Source: the human T2T-CHM13v2.0 reference genome, Homo sapiens. From it: a stretch of 64,000 bases of DNA. Positions 42,266-55,928 of this stretch are shown piece after piece. The DNA lies in the NCBI RefSeq assembly GCF_009914755.1, contig NC_060942.1, one strand, 5' to 3'. Under the pieces are notes generated by a model that was given only the letters and a program-made list of their open reading frames with translations, was not told where the DNA came from and ran no database searches. The translations under genes were made by a program, and so were the position numbers. Positions within the stretch are counted from its first letter, which is position 1, and every line of letters begins with the position of its first letter.

Positions 42266-42535
42266 AGTACATCTCTTTAACATCCACCATTTATAATGTA
42301 ATGAGTCTTTATTAACCAGGCACACGTAACCAAGTATTTGGTTAGTGCACAAATAATTTTTGCCAACATAATAAAATATGATGCACGGATGGAGGACAAA
42401 TCCTGCGATTCCCACATGGTCTGAAATTTCCACTTTGGCCACAGGGCTGACAAAGGTCAACATTTCTGTTTCAAGGCAAAGACTGTTGTCTCATGCCCCA
42501 GCTCCAGCCCTGGGCCAGAGGGTTGGGTAGACAAC

Positions 42536-42920
42536 TGTATTAGTCCGTGCTCTCACTGCTATGAAGAACCACCTGAAACTGGGTAATTTATGAAGAAAAG
42601 AGGTTTAACTGGCTCATGGTTCCTCAGACTGTACAGGAATCATGGCTGGGGAGGCCTCAGGAAACTTACAGTCATGGCGGAAGGCAAAGAAGAAGCCGGC
42701 ATGTCTTCACATGGCCGGAGAAGGAGGAAGAGAGTGAAGCGGGAGGTGCCACACACTTTTCAACAACCAGATCTCACAAGAACTCACTCACCATCACAGG
42801 AACAGCAAGGGGGAAAGCCACCTCCATGATCCCATCACCTCCTCCCAGGCCCCTCCTCCAACATTGGGGATGACAATTCAACATGAGATTTGGGCGGGGA
42901 CACACATCCAAACCATATCA
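42536..42920 (-). mobile_element. MSTA-like MaLR solo LTR with 5-bp TSD
   Basis: TGTATTAGTCCG...GGGAGGCCTCAGGAAACTTACA.TCATGGCGGAAGGC...CCAAACCATATCA; TSD ACAAC/ACAAT. Confidence 0.92.
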
Positions 42921-43679
42921 ACAATGCTGAGCCCCGCCTCCTACCTGGTGAGACCCCGACCCCTGGCAGAGGACCATGCCTTCCTCCCTGCATGTTCTCA
43001 GAAAAGAACCCATCATCGTCTTCATTTTAGGGGTTTTTTACAAATTATATGTGTTTCGCCACAAGGGTTTCTGAACTTCACATTTTTATTTTTTACTAGG
43101 AAATTAAAAAGAAAAATTTCCCCTTGAAGAACTCCCACTTTTAAAAGTTTTTTCCTTTCAAATTTTGATACTATTCATGTTCATTGTAGAACACATGGCA
43201 AATATAAATAAAAATAAAAAGGAGTAAAATCATCCCAAGTCCCACTACTGTTAAATATTTTGGCTAACATTTGTGTGCATTTCTTTCCAGTCTTTCTTGA
43301 TATATACATTACCTACATATAAACAGATCCCCACGTGACATAATTAGGGCAATATCATGCTGGGCCTAGAGTTTTGTTTCTTGCTTTAGGGGTCTAGTTC
43401 TAAAAACATGCACTGCTGTTGGGCCTGTGTTGATTGCTTCTGCGGTGCGTTCTGTGGTGTGGGTATAGATCGAGGTGCTCCCCACGGTTGCCATGATCAC
43501 ACCAGGAAGGTTGTTGTGTTTATATGGGGCTCTGTAATGATGTGATCCTACTACAAGAAGCTAAAATGTGCTTATCCAGCTCCCACTGGGCTGGCCAAAA
43601 GGTAAAAATAAAAAAGTGCAGTGATTGCACGGGTTTCTCTGTTTTCGTTTTTTAATTTCTGAAGGCTTTCCATTCCACA

Positions 43680-43925
43680 AGCACTTATAGGGCTTACCTT
43701 ATATAATACTTCATACAATATTCGCACTGTTCTAAGAACTTCAGAAATCATGAGTCATTTATTCCTTCTAACAACCTATAAAATTGGGACTATTATTATC
43801 CCCATCTTACAGATGAAGAAAGCAAGTGATAAAGAAGTGAAATACTTTGGCTAGGGTCACCAAAGGAGAAAGTGGTGGAGATGAAATTCAAACTCAGGCA
43901 TCCTGGTTCTAGATTCAGTCCTCAT
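43680..43925 (-). mobile_element. MIR, antisense; its head forms the first VNTR unit
   Basis: TATTATTATCCCCATCTTACAGATGAAGAAA core, AGGGTCAC..AGTGG..GAAATTCAAACTCAGGCATCCTGGTTCTAGA. Confidence 0.85.
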
Positions 43926-46900
43926 GGCTGCCATGTCTCATAGCCTTCCATGACTCTCACCCTCCACCCAGGCATCCTGGTTCTAGATTCAGTCCTCATG
44001 GCTGCCATGTCTCATAGCCTTCCACGACTCTCACCCTCCACCCAGGCATCCTGGTTCTAGATTCAGTCCTCATGGCTGCCATGTCTCATAGCCTTCCATG
44101 ACTCTCACCCTCCACCCAGGCATCCTGGTTCTAGATTCAGTCCTCATGGCTGCCATGTCTCAGAGCCTTCCACAACTCTCACCCTCCACCCAGGCATCCT
44201 GGTTCTAGATTCAGTCCTCATGGCTGCCATGTCTCATAGCCTTCCATGACTCTCACCCTCCACCCAGGCATCCTGGTTCTAGATTCAGTCCTCATGGCTG
44301 CCATGTCTCAGAGCCTTCCATGACTCTCACCCTCCACCCAGGCATCCTGGTTCTAGATTCAGTCCTCATGGCTGCCATGTCTCATAGCCTTCCACAACTC
44401 TCACCCTCCACCCAGGCATCCTGGTTCTAGATTCAGTCCTCATGGCTGCCATGTCTCATAGCCTTCCACGACTCTCACCCTCCACCCAGGCATCCTGGTT
44501 CTAGATTCAGTCCTCATGGCTGCCATGTCTCATAGCCTTCCATGACTCTCACCCTCCACCCAGGCATCCTGGTTCTAGATTCAGTCCTCATGGCTGCCAT
44601 GTCTCATAGCCTTCCATGACTCTCACCCTCCACCCAGGCATCCTGGTTCTAGATTCAGTCCTCATGGCTGCCATGTCTCATAGCCTTCCACGACTCTCAC
44701 CCTCCACCCAGGCATCCTGGTTCTAGATTCAGTCCTCATGGCTGCCATGTCTCAGAGCCTTCCACGACTCTCACCCTCCACCCAGGCATCCTGGTTCTAG
44801 ATTCAGTCCTCATGGCTGCCATGTCTCATAGCCTTCCATGACTCTCACCCTCCACCCAGGCATCCTGGTTCTAGATTCAGTCCTCATGGCTGCCATGTCT
44901 CATAGCCTTCCATGACTCTCACCCTCCACCCAGGCATCCTGGTTCTAGATTCAGTTCTCATGGCTGCCATGTCTCATAGCCTTCCACGACTCTCACCCTC
45001 CACCCAGGCATCCTGGTTCTAGATTCAGTCCTCATGGCTGCCATGTCTCATAGCCTTCCACGACTCTCACCCTCCACCCAGGCATCCTGGTTCTAGATTC
45101 AGTCCTCATGGCTGCCATGTCTCATAGCCTTCCACGACTCTCACCCTCCACCCAGGCATCCTGGTTCTAGATTCAGTCCTCAAGGCTGCCATATCTCAGA
45201 GCCTTCCACAACTCTCACCCTCCACCCAGGCATCCTGGTTCTAGATTCAGTCCTCATGGCTGCCATGTCTCATAGCCTTCCATGACTCTCACCCTCCACC
45301 CAGGCATCCTGGTTCTAGATTCAGTCCTCATGGCTGCCATGTCTCATAGCCTTCCATGACTCTCACCCTCCACCCAGGCATCCTGGTTCTAGATTCAGTC
45401 CTCATGGCTGCCATGTCTCATAGCCTTCCATGACTCTCACCCTCCACCCAGGCATCCTGGTTCTAGATTCAGTCCTCATGGCTGCCATGTCTCATAGCCT
45501 TCCATGACTCTCACCCTCCACCCAGGCATCCTGGTTCTAGATTCAGTCCTCATGGCTGCCATGTCTCATAGCCTTCCACGACTCTCACCCTCCACCCAGG
45601 CATCCTGGTTCTAGATTCAGTCCTCATGGCTGCCATGTCTCATAGCCTTCCACGACTCTCACCCTCCACCCAGGCATCCTGGTTCTAGATTCAGTCCTCA
45701 TGGCTGCCATGTCTCAGAGCCTTCCACGACTCTCACCCTCCACCCAGGCATCCTGGTTCTAGATTCAGTCCTCATGGCTGCCATGTCTCATAGCCTTCCA
45801 CGACTCTCACCCTCCACCCAGGCATCCTGGTTCTAGATTCAGTCCTCATGGCTGCCATGTCTCATAGCCTTCCACGACTCTCACCCTCCACCCAGGCATC
45901 CTGGTTCTAGATTCAGTCCTCATGGCTGCCATGTCTCATAGCCTTCCACGACTCTCACCCTCCACCCAGGCATCCTGGTTCTAGATTCAGTCCTCATGGC
46001 TGCCATGTCTCATAGCCTGCCACGACTCTCACCCTCCACCCAGGCATCCTGGTTCTAGATTCAGTCCTCATGGCTGCCATGTCTCATAGCCTGCCACGAC
46101 TCTCACCCTCCACCCAGGCATCCTGGTTCTAGATTCAGTCCTCATGGCTGCCATGTCTCATAGCCTTCCACGACTCTCACCCTCCACCCAGGCATCCTGG
46201 TTCTAGATTCAGTCCTCATGGCTGCCATGTCTCATAGCCTTCCACGACTCTCACCCTCCACCCAGGCATCCTGGTTCTAGATTCAGTCCTCATGGCTGCC
46301 ATGTCTCATAGCCTTCCACGACTCTCACCCTCCACCCAGGCATCCTGGTTCTAGATTCAGTCCTCATGGCTGCCATGTCTCATAGCCTTCCACGACTCTC
46401 ACCCTCCACCCAGGCATCCTGGTTCTAGATTCAGTCCTCATGGCTGCCATGTCTCATAGCCTTCCACGACTCTCACCCTCCACCCAGGCATCCTGGTTCT
46501 AGATTCAGTCCTCATGGCTGCCATGTCTCATAGCCTTCCACGACTCTCACCCTCCACCCAGGCATCCTGGTTCTAGATTCAGTCCTCATGGCTGCCATGT
46601 CTCATAGCCTTCCACGACTCTCACCCTCCACCCAGGCATCCTGGTTCTAGATTCAGTCCTCATGGCTGCCATGTCTCATAGCCTTCCACGACTCTCACCC
46701 TCCACCCAGGCATCCTGGTTCTAGATTCAGTCCTCATGGCTGCCATGTCTCATAGCCTTCCACGACTCTCACCCTCCACCCAGGCATCCTGGTTCTAGAT
46801 TCAGTCCTCAAGGCTGCCATGTCTCATAGCCTTCCACGACTCTCACCCTCCACCCAGGCATCCTGGTTCTAGATTCAGTCCTCAAGGCTGCCATGTCTCA

Positions 46901-48260
46901 GAGCCTTCCACGACTCTCACCCTCCACCCAGGCATCCTGGTTCTAGATTCAGTCCTCATGGCTGCCATGTCTCAGAGCCTTCCACGACTCTCACCCTCCA
47001 CCCAGGCATCCTGGTTCTAGATTCAGTCCTCATGGCTGCCATGTCTCATAGCCTTCCATGACTCTCACCCTCCACCCAGGCATCCTGGTTCTAGATTCAG
47101 TCCTCATGGCTGCCATGTCTCATAGCCTTCCACGACTCTCACCCTCCACCCAGGCATCCTGGTTCTAGATTCAGTCCTCATGGCTGCCATGTCTCATAGC
47201 CTTCCACGACTCTCACCCTCCACCCAGGCATCCTGGTTCTAGATTCAGTCCTCATGGCTGCCATGTCTCATAGCCTTCCACGACTCTCACCCTCCACCCA
47301 GGCATCCTGGTTCTAGATTCAGTCCTCAAGGCTGCCATATCTCAGAGCCTTCCACGACTCTCACCCTCCACCCAGGCATCCTGGTTCTAGATTCAGTCCT
47401 CATGGCTGCCATGTCTCATAGCCTTCCATGACTCTCACCCTCCACCCAGGCATCCTGGTTCTAGATTCAGTCCTCATGGCTGCCATGTCTCAGAGCCTTC
47501 CATGACTCTCACCCTCCACCCAGGCATCCTGGTTCTAGATTCAGTCCTCATGGCTGCCATGTCTCATAGCCTTCCATGACTCTCACCCTCCACCCAGGCA
47601 TCCTGGTTCTAGATTCAGTCCTCATGGCTGCCATGTCTCATAGCCTTCCATGACTCTCACCCTCCACCCAGGCATCCTGGTTCTAGATTCAGTCCTCATG
47701 GCTGCCATGTCTCATAGCCTTCCATGACTCTCACCCTCCACCCAGGCATCCTGGTTCTAGATTCAGTCCTCAAGGCTGCCATATCTCAGAGCCTTCCACA
47801 ACTCTCACCCTCCACCCAGGCATCCTGGTTCTAGATTCAGTCCTCATGGCTGCCATGTCTCATAGCCTTCCATGACTCTCACCCTCCACCCAGGCATCCT
47901 GGTTCTAGATTCAGTCCTCAAGGCTGCCATATCTCAGAGCCTTCCACAACTCTCACCCTCCACCCAGGCATCCTGGTTCTAGATTCAGTCCTCATGGCTG
48001 CCATGTCTCATAGCCTTCCATGACTCTCACCCTCCACCCAGGCATCCTGGTTCTAGATTCAGTCCTCAAGGCTGCCATATCTCAGAGCCTTCCACGACTC
48101 TCACCCTCCACCCAGGCATCCTGGTTCTAGATTCAGTCCTCATGGCTGCCATATCTCAGAGCCTTCCACGACTCTCACCCTCCACCCAGGCATCCTGGTT
48201 CTAGATTCAGTCCTCATGGTTGCCATATCTCAGAGCCTTTCACAGCTCTCACTCTCCACC
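43895..48260. repeat. 74-bp minisatellite (VNTR), ~59 units
   Basis: Unit CAGGCATCCTGGTTCTAGATTCAGTCCTCATGGCTGCCATGTCTCATAGCCTTCCAYGACTCTCACCCTCCACC; period 74 (43895, 43969...). Confidence 0.99.
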
Positions 48261-48935
48261 CAGGCATCCTGGTTCTAGAAGCAGTCTTCCCCTCTGCAAT
48301 GTCTCAGAGCCTTCCAGGGGACTGCGACCCTCCACCCAGGCATCCTGGTTCTAGAAGCAGTCCTCCCCTCTGCAATGTCTCAGAGCCTTCCAGGGGACTG
48401 TCACCCTCCACCCAGGCATCATGGCTCCAGAAGCATTCCTTATGGCCACCATATCTCAGAGCCTTCCAGGGGACTGTCAGTTTCCACCCAGGCATCCTGG
48501 CTCCAGAAGCAGTCCTCCCCTCCGCCATATCTCAGAGCCTTCCAGGGGACTGTCAGTTTCCACCCAGGCATCCTGGCTCCAGAAGCAGTCCTCCCCTCCA
48601 CCATATCTCAGAGCCTTCCAAGGGACTGCCACCCTCCACCCAGGCATTGTGGTTCCAGAAGCATTCCTCATGGCCACCATATCTCAGAGCCTTCCAGGGG
48701 ACTGTCAGTTTCCACCCAGGCATCCTGGCTCCAGAGGCAGTCCTCCCCTCCACCATGTCTCAGGCCTTCCAGGGGATGTCACCCTCCACCCAGGCATCGT
48801 GGCTCCAGAAGCATTCCTCATAGCCCCCATATCTCAGAGCCTTCCAGGAGACTGTCAGTTTCCACCCAGGCATCCTGGCTCCAGAAGCAGTCTTCCACTC
48901 CGCCATGTCTCAGAGCCTTCCAGGGGATGTCACTC
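48261..48935. repeat. Older, diverged ~76-bp units of the same family (~9 copies)
   Basis: CAGGCATCCTGGCTCCAGAAGCAGTCCTCCCCTC..CATATCTCAGAGCCTTCCAGGGGACTGTCA..TCCACC; ORF offsets of 76 bp (48299/48375). Confidence 0.95.
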
Positions 48936-49750
48936 TCTATGTTCTTTCCAGTGGTGAGTGAGAGGGCTTGCTCCCTGCGATGGGTTTCTTTGAGTGGCCT
49001 TGTCATGTTCCCACCATGAGGACAAAATACTGAAGTTATTTATTTAATATGGATATTTAATATGGATTCAAGTAAATGGCATCTATATCCACAGGTGTTT
49101 GTGTAAGTGCTAGCAAACATAAGTTTAAATGTTCATGCATTATATTTTAATTTTATGGAAAATCATTTTGAAATAGTGTGGCTTCTTGTCATGAATCTGG
49201 CTGCCCCCATGTCTGGAGTTTTATTTTGTTTGTCTGATGTTTTGACATCATCCTTTCTTTTCTCTAGGGAGGGAAAGACTTGTCAACATATGATTTTATG
49301 TTTTTGTATTACATTGAAAAATAACTTTGGTGCCTATTATCCAGCTGTTTGCTGAGAACAGGTGAGCACCGTACTTGAGGCTGGCTGGGCGCAGCTCACT
49401 GGGCAGGGAGCCCAGGCTGTGAGCTGCAGCCTCCATTCTGGTCTATGCTGCCTCTGTTTAATGGAGCAGTTACTTATACGTCTCAGTGGACAGAATCAAA
49501 GGGTGATCTGAATTTATTCCAGGCAATTTCTCCTTTTATTTTTCTTAACTCATGAGTGTGAATATTCTTTAATGAGGATTTTTTTATTTTGAGATATTTT
49601 TGGTGTTAGGAGGACACTCTCCTTCCCTCCTTCCTGGGAGTGCTGAGCATTTGTGAACAGCTCCCTCTATGGAATGAAACATCCACAAAGTGCATCTGCA
49701 GCTTTTCACAACGAAAGGAGAAGGAAGAGGCTGGTGCACACTCTGATAAT

Positions 49751-52582
49751 AGTGGATAGTACTATATGCAAAGGTTCTTGTAGAAAGTACTGTATGCTAA
49801 GGTTCTCGTGGATGGTACTCTATGCTGAGGTTCTCGTGGATGGTACTCTATGCTGAGGTTCTCATGGATGGTACTCTATGCTAAGGTTCTCAGATGGTAC
49901 TTTATGCTAAGGTTCTCATGGATGGTATGGTATGCTAAGGTTCTCGTGGATGGTACTCTATGCTAAGGTTCTCGTGGATGGTACTCTATGCTAAGGTTCT
50001 CGTGGATGGTACTCTATGCTAAGGTTCTCGTGGATGGTACTCTATGCTGAGGTTCTCGTGGATGGTACTCTATGCTGAGGTTCTCGTGGATGGTACTCTA
50101 TGCTGAGGTTCTCGTGGATGGTACTCTATGCTGAGGTTCTCGTGGATGGTACTCTATGCTAAGGTTCTGATGGTACCACATGCTAAGGTTCTTGTGGATG
50201 GTACTCTATGCTAAGGTTCTCAGATGGTACTTTATGCTAAGGTTCTCATGGATGGTATGGTATGCTAAGGTTCTCGTGGATGGTACTCTATGCTAAGGTT
50301 CTCATGGATGGTACTCTATGCTAAGGCTCTGATGGTACTATATGCTAAGGTTCTCGTGGATGGTACTCTATGCTAAGGTTCTCAGATGGTACTTTATGCT
50401 AAGGTTCTCATGGATGGTATGGTATGCTAAGGTTCTCATGGATGGTACTCTACGCTAAGGTTCTCGTGGATGGTACTCTATGCTAAGGTTCTCGTGGATG
50501 GTACTCTATGCTAAGGTTCTCGTGGATGGTACTCTATGCTAAGGTTCTCATGGATGGTACTCTATGCTAAGGTTCTCATGGATGGTACTCTATGCTAAGG
50601 TTCTCAGATGGTACTTTATGCTAAGGTTCTCAGATGGTATTTTATGCTAAGGTTCTCAGATGGTATTTTATGCTAAGGTTCTCAGATGGTACTTTATGCT
50701 AAGGTTCTCATGGATGGTACTTTATGCTAAGGTTCTCATGGATGGTACTCTATGCTAAGGTTCTTGTGGATGGTACAGTATGCTAAGGTTCTCGTGGATG
50801 GTACTCTATGCTGAGGTTCTCATGGATGGTACTTTCTCGTGGATAGTACTATACTGCTAAGGTTCTTGCGGTTGGTACTCTATGCTAAGGTTCTCACGGA
50901 TGGTACTCTGTGCTAAGGTTCTCACGGATGGTACTCTGTGCTAAGGTTCTCGTGGATGGTACTCTGTGCTAAGGTTCTCGTGGATGGTACTCTGTGCTAA
51001 GGTTCTTGTGGATGGTACTCTATGCTAAGGTTCTCGTGGATGGTACTTTCTCATGAATAGTACTGTACTACTAAGGTTCTCATGGATGGTACTCTATGCT
51101 AAGGTTCTTGTGGATGGTACTCTATGCTAAGGTTCTCGTGGATGGTACTTTCTCATGAATAGTACTGTACTACTAAGGTTCTCATGGATGGTACTCTATG
51201 CTAAGGTTCTTGTGGATGGTACTTTCTCATGGATAGTACTATACTGCTAAGGTTCTCGTGGCTGGTACTGCATGCTAAGGTTCTCGTGGATGGTACTTTC
51301 TCGTGGATAGTACTATACTGCTAAGGTTCTCGTGGATGGTACTCTATGCTAAGGTTCTCAAATGGTACTCTATGCTAAGGTTCTCAGATGGTACTTTATG
51401 CTAAGGTTCTCAGATGGTACTTTATGCTAAGGTTCTCATGGATGGTACTTTATGCTAAGGTTCTCATGGATGGTACTCTATGCTAAGGTTCTTGTGGATG
51501 GTACAGTATGCTAAGGTTCTCGTGGATGGTACTCTATGCTAAGGTTCTCATGGATGGTACTTTCTCATGGATAGTACTATACTGCTAATGTTCTTGCGGT
51601 TGGTACTCTATGCTAAGGTTCTCACGGATGGTACTCTGTGCTAAGGTTCTCGCGGATGGTACTCTGTGCTAAGGTTCTCGCGGATGGTACCGTATGCTAA
51701 GGGTCTCGCGGATGGTACTCTATGCTAAGGTTCTCGTGGATGGTACTTTCTCATGAATAGTACTGTACTACTAAGGTTCTCATGGATGGTACTCTATGCT
51801 AAGGTTCTTGTGGGTGGTACTTTCTCATGGATGGTACTATACTGCTAAGGTTCTCGTGGCTGGTACTGCATGCTAAGGTTCTCGTGGATGGTACTTTCTC
51901 GTGGATAGTACTATACTGCTAAGGTTCTCGTGGATGGTACTCTATGCTAAGGTTCTCGTGGATGGTACTTTCTCGTGGATAGTACTATACTGCTAAGGTT
52001 CTCGTGGATGGTACTCTATGCTAAGGTTCTCATGGCTGGTACTTTCTCATGGATAGTACTATACTGCTAAGGTTCTCGTGGCTGGTACTGCATGCTAAGG
52101 TTCTTGTGGATGGTACTCTATGCTAAGGTTCTCGTGGATGGTACTTTCTCGTGGATAGTACTATACTGCTAAGGTTCTCGTGGCTGCTACCCTATGCTAA
52201 GGTTCTCGTGGGTGGTACTGCATGCTAAGGTTCTTGTGGATGGTACTCTATGCTAAGGTTCTTGTGGATGGTACTTTCTCATGGATAGTACTATACTGCT
52301 AAGGTTCTCGTGGATGGTACTCTATGCTAAGGTTCTCGTGGATGGTACTTTCTTGTGGATGGTACTATACTGCTAAGGTTATCGTGGATGGTACTTTCTC
52401 GTGGATAGTACTATACTGCTAAGGTTCTCGTGGATGGTACCCTATGCTAAGGTTCTCGTGGATGGTACTTTCTGGTGGATAGTACTATACTGCTAAGGTT
52501 CTCGTGGGTGGTACTTTCTCATGGATAGTACTATACTGCTAAGTTTCTCATGGCTGGCACTGCATGCTAAGGTTCTCGTGGA
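49751..52582. repeat. 28-bp minisatellite with 26-bp and 46-bp composite variants, ~2.8 kb
   Basis: Core GCTAAGGTTCTCGTGGATGGTACTCTAT; 46-bp form adds TTCTCGTGGATAGTACTATACT. Confidence 0.99.
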
Positions 52583-52779
52583 ACATCAGTATAGTCTGGG
52601 GACTGTGACATCATTCTGATGCCCTATCTTGCACTCTGTTGTCTCCTGTGAGGCAGACCTGATACATGACACGATGCTCAGCAACATAAATGTCTGAACT
52701 GAAGAGACGATGGAGAGGAGACGCCTTAGAGGAGACATGGCCATAAGTTGAGGCAATGGGTTGTGATCATCTCCAGCAG

Positions 52780-53005
52780 CTATTATCATTTACTAATGAG
52801 TCGGCACTCTGCTAAATGCTTTATTTGCATTCTGTTATTTAATTCTCACATAAATCTTTTGAAGTTAGTACTATTATCATCCCCACTCTTTGGATAAGGA
52901 AACCGATACTCCAAATTTAAAACCTGCTCAAGATCACATGGCTGCTAAGTGGAATGAAAGGGAGTAAAACCCAGAGGTCTCACTGCAGGGCATTAACTCT
53001 TAAAC
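52780..53005 (-). mobile_element. MIR, antisense
   Basis: GGCACTCTGCTAAATGCTTTA..TTATTTAATTCTCAC..TATTATCATCCCCA..GATAAGGAAAC..CTCAAGATCACATGGCT. Confidence 0.75.
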
Positions 53006-53172
53006 ACTGAGCTGTGTTAGCTTCCCAAATTTCATAATGGTATCACTACTCCTTAAAATACATCTGAACATAAATTTGTCATGATCTTTGATGGGTATTA
53101 AGTTTCTGCAGTCAAAAATTTGCAGTAGAGTGAGAGTTATAATAAAAAATAAATGTGGTAAAAATAATACTA

Positions 53173-53575
<403 letters not shown>

Positions 53576-53629
53576 TCACAGCACCCCCAAGCCACACTGC
53601 AATGAGGAGGAAGAGAGAGAAAAGCTTAA

Positions 53630-53830
53630 CCATTCAACCCTGCAAGTACTTACTAAGCACCTCTTACAGCAGGTGCGGTGGTCACTGGAGAACACTAAGG
53701 AAAATTAGACACAGTTCCTTTCTGCAAAGAATGAATACAACAACTGCACAAATAACAAAATACAAATGTGACTGCCTTGCGTGAGAAGTTCTGCCACGTG
53801 CTGGGAGTTCAGAGGAGGAAGAGATGTCTA
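53630..53830 (-). mobile_element. L2 3' fragment
   Basis: CATTCAA..AAGTACTTACTAAGCACCT..CAGG..CTGGAGAACAC..AGACACAGTTCCT resembles the L2 tail. Confidence 0.5.
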
Positions 53831-53849
53831 ATGCAGAGAGTCCCCGAAT

Positions 53850-54210
53850 GTGACCATGAGGCAGTGACATGCAAGGGGACTCGAGCCTGGATTTCAGCAG
53901 TGACCATGGAGGCAGTGACATCCAAGGGGACTCGAGCCTGGATTTCAGCGGTGACCATGGAGGCAGTGACATCCAAGGGGACTTGAGTCAGGATTTCAGA
54001 GGTGATCATGGAGGCAGTGACATCCAAGGGGACTCGAGCCAGGAGTTCAGCGGTGACCATGGAGGCAGTGACATCCAAGGGGACTTGAGTCAGGATTTCA
54101 GAGGTGATCATGGAGGCAGTGACATCCAAGGGGACTCGAGCCAGGAGTTCAGCGGTGACCATGGAGGCAGTGACATCCAAGGGGACTCGAGCCAGGATTT
54201 CAGTGGTGAC
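53850..54210. repeat. 51-bp minisatellite, ~7 copies
   Basis: GTGACCATGGAGGCAGTGACATCCAAGGGGACTCGAGCCTGGATTTCAGCG; 17-aa periodicity in the ORF track. Confidence 0.97.
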
Positions 54211-55598
54211 TGGGAAAGGGGGGGGCCCCAGAAACAAAGGCCTGGAGGTGACAAATCCCAGAGCAGCCAGGCCTGGCTTGGCTGGAAGGTCAGGGATGTA
54301 GAAGCACACCAAGGGCAGAGGCCTCAAAAGCTGAGGTGCGTCCTCCCCATGCTGATGAGCAGCCCCCACAGCCTAGCCCGGCCGTCAGCAATCTATGCTC
54401 TCTCTCTCTCTCTCTTTCTTTTTATTCTGGACGTTTCATATAAATGGAATCACACAATATGCAGTCTATAGAAGGATGAAGAGGGACTTTACCCAGAAAC
54501 GTGGGAGTTCCCAGGAGGCTCCTGAAGGCAGTGAGACCCAAGGGGCGGGGTCAGTTGGACAGAGGGGCAGCAGCTGTCGTGCAGGGGCCTGGCCTATGGT
54601 GGCCACGCTCCCTGGGACAGTGGGAGGTGTCGCAGGAGGCCCCGTGGGCTGGTGGTTGAAGGAAGGTGTCAGCCACGCACCCAGAGCACAGCGGGGCATC
54701 AGGAGGATCTGAAACAGCGAATGATCTCCTTGCACCTTCTGTTTAGACGGCCACCCCAATCTGTAGACAATATCGAAGGGCCACAAAGGTGGACAAGGAA
54801 GGGAACGGGCCCTGAGGCTCCTTTTGTTGCCCGTGACTCCCAGACATAAGCAAATCTCAGCACCGAGGCTGCCGGCTCATCCTGCCTACTGCACAGCTTG
54901 GCCCAACCCTTTTCCTCTTTCCAGTTGCTTCAGCTCCACTTCCACTCAGAGCTTAAATATAATAGAAGAACGGGTTCTTAAGGTACAGTCCAGACTATTT
55001 ACAACTAGCTAGCTAAAGATGGAAAATGAGACGATGTAATGATGTGTGGTTTGACACATAATAACAGAATGCTAGGCTGTAACCTTGCTTTTTTCTGATT
55101 TACATTTATATTGCAGAAGCTGACAACATCTGGAATAAGTAAACATTACATTTTCTGTCATGAAATATCTAAAAGCCACATACTAAAACTTTTAGTTTTT
55201 TAAAAAATGAAAGGCAGTAGAAACATCTTTGCATTCTGACATAAAGGAAACTTTGAATGCATCTGGACATTGTTTTACACAATTAATATGAAAATTTAAT
55301 TTTGCCCTATGTAAACTTGCTCAGCTGTAAACAAACAAGCCATCATGGAGACTAGATCAAATAATAAGCTCGTTGACTCCATGCTAGAGTAAACAAGGAC
55401 ATCAGAGTAAGTCATAGCCCTACAGATGTTAGACAAAAGGAAGGATTTTTACGTCTTTATTGATGTAAATTACATACTGTAGGAGTCACCCATCTAAAGT
55501 CCACAACTTAATAGGTTAATATCTTCACAGAGTTATGTAGCCATCACCATGACTTCATTTTAGAGCATTTCCTTCACCCCAGAAAGAAACACCACACC

Positions 55599-55910
<312 letters not shown>

Positions 55911-55928
55911 TTAGCAGTCACGCAGTCA

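Noticed and set aside
48299-49019. 174-214 aa ORFs
   Set aside because: Translations of 76-bp repeat units cycling through frames
51918-51992. 28+46 = 74-bp period equal to the neighbouring 74-bp VNTR
   Set aside because: No sequence similarity between the two arrays; treated as coincidence
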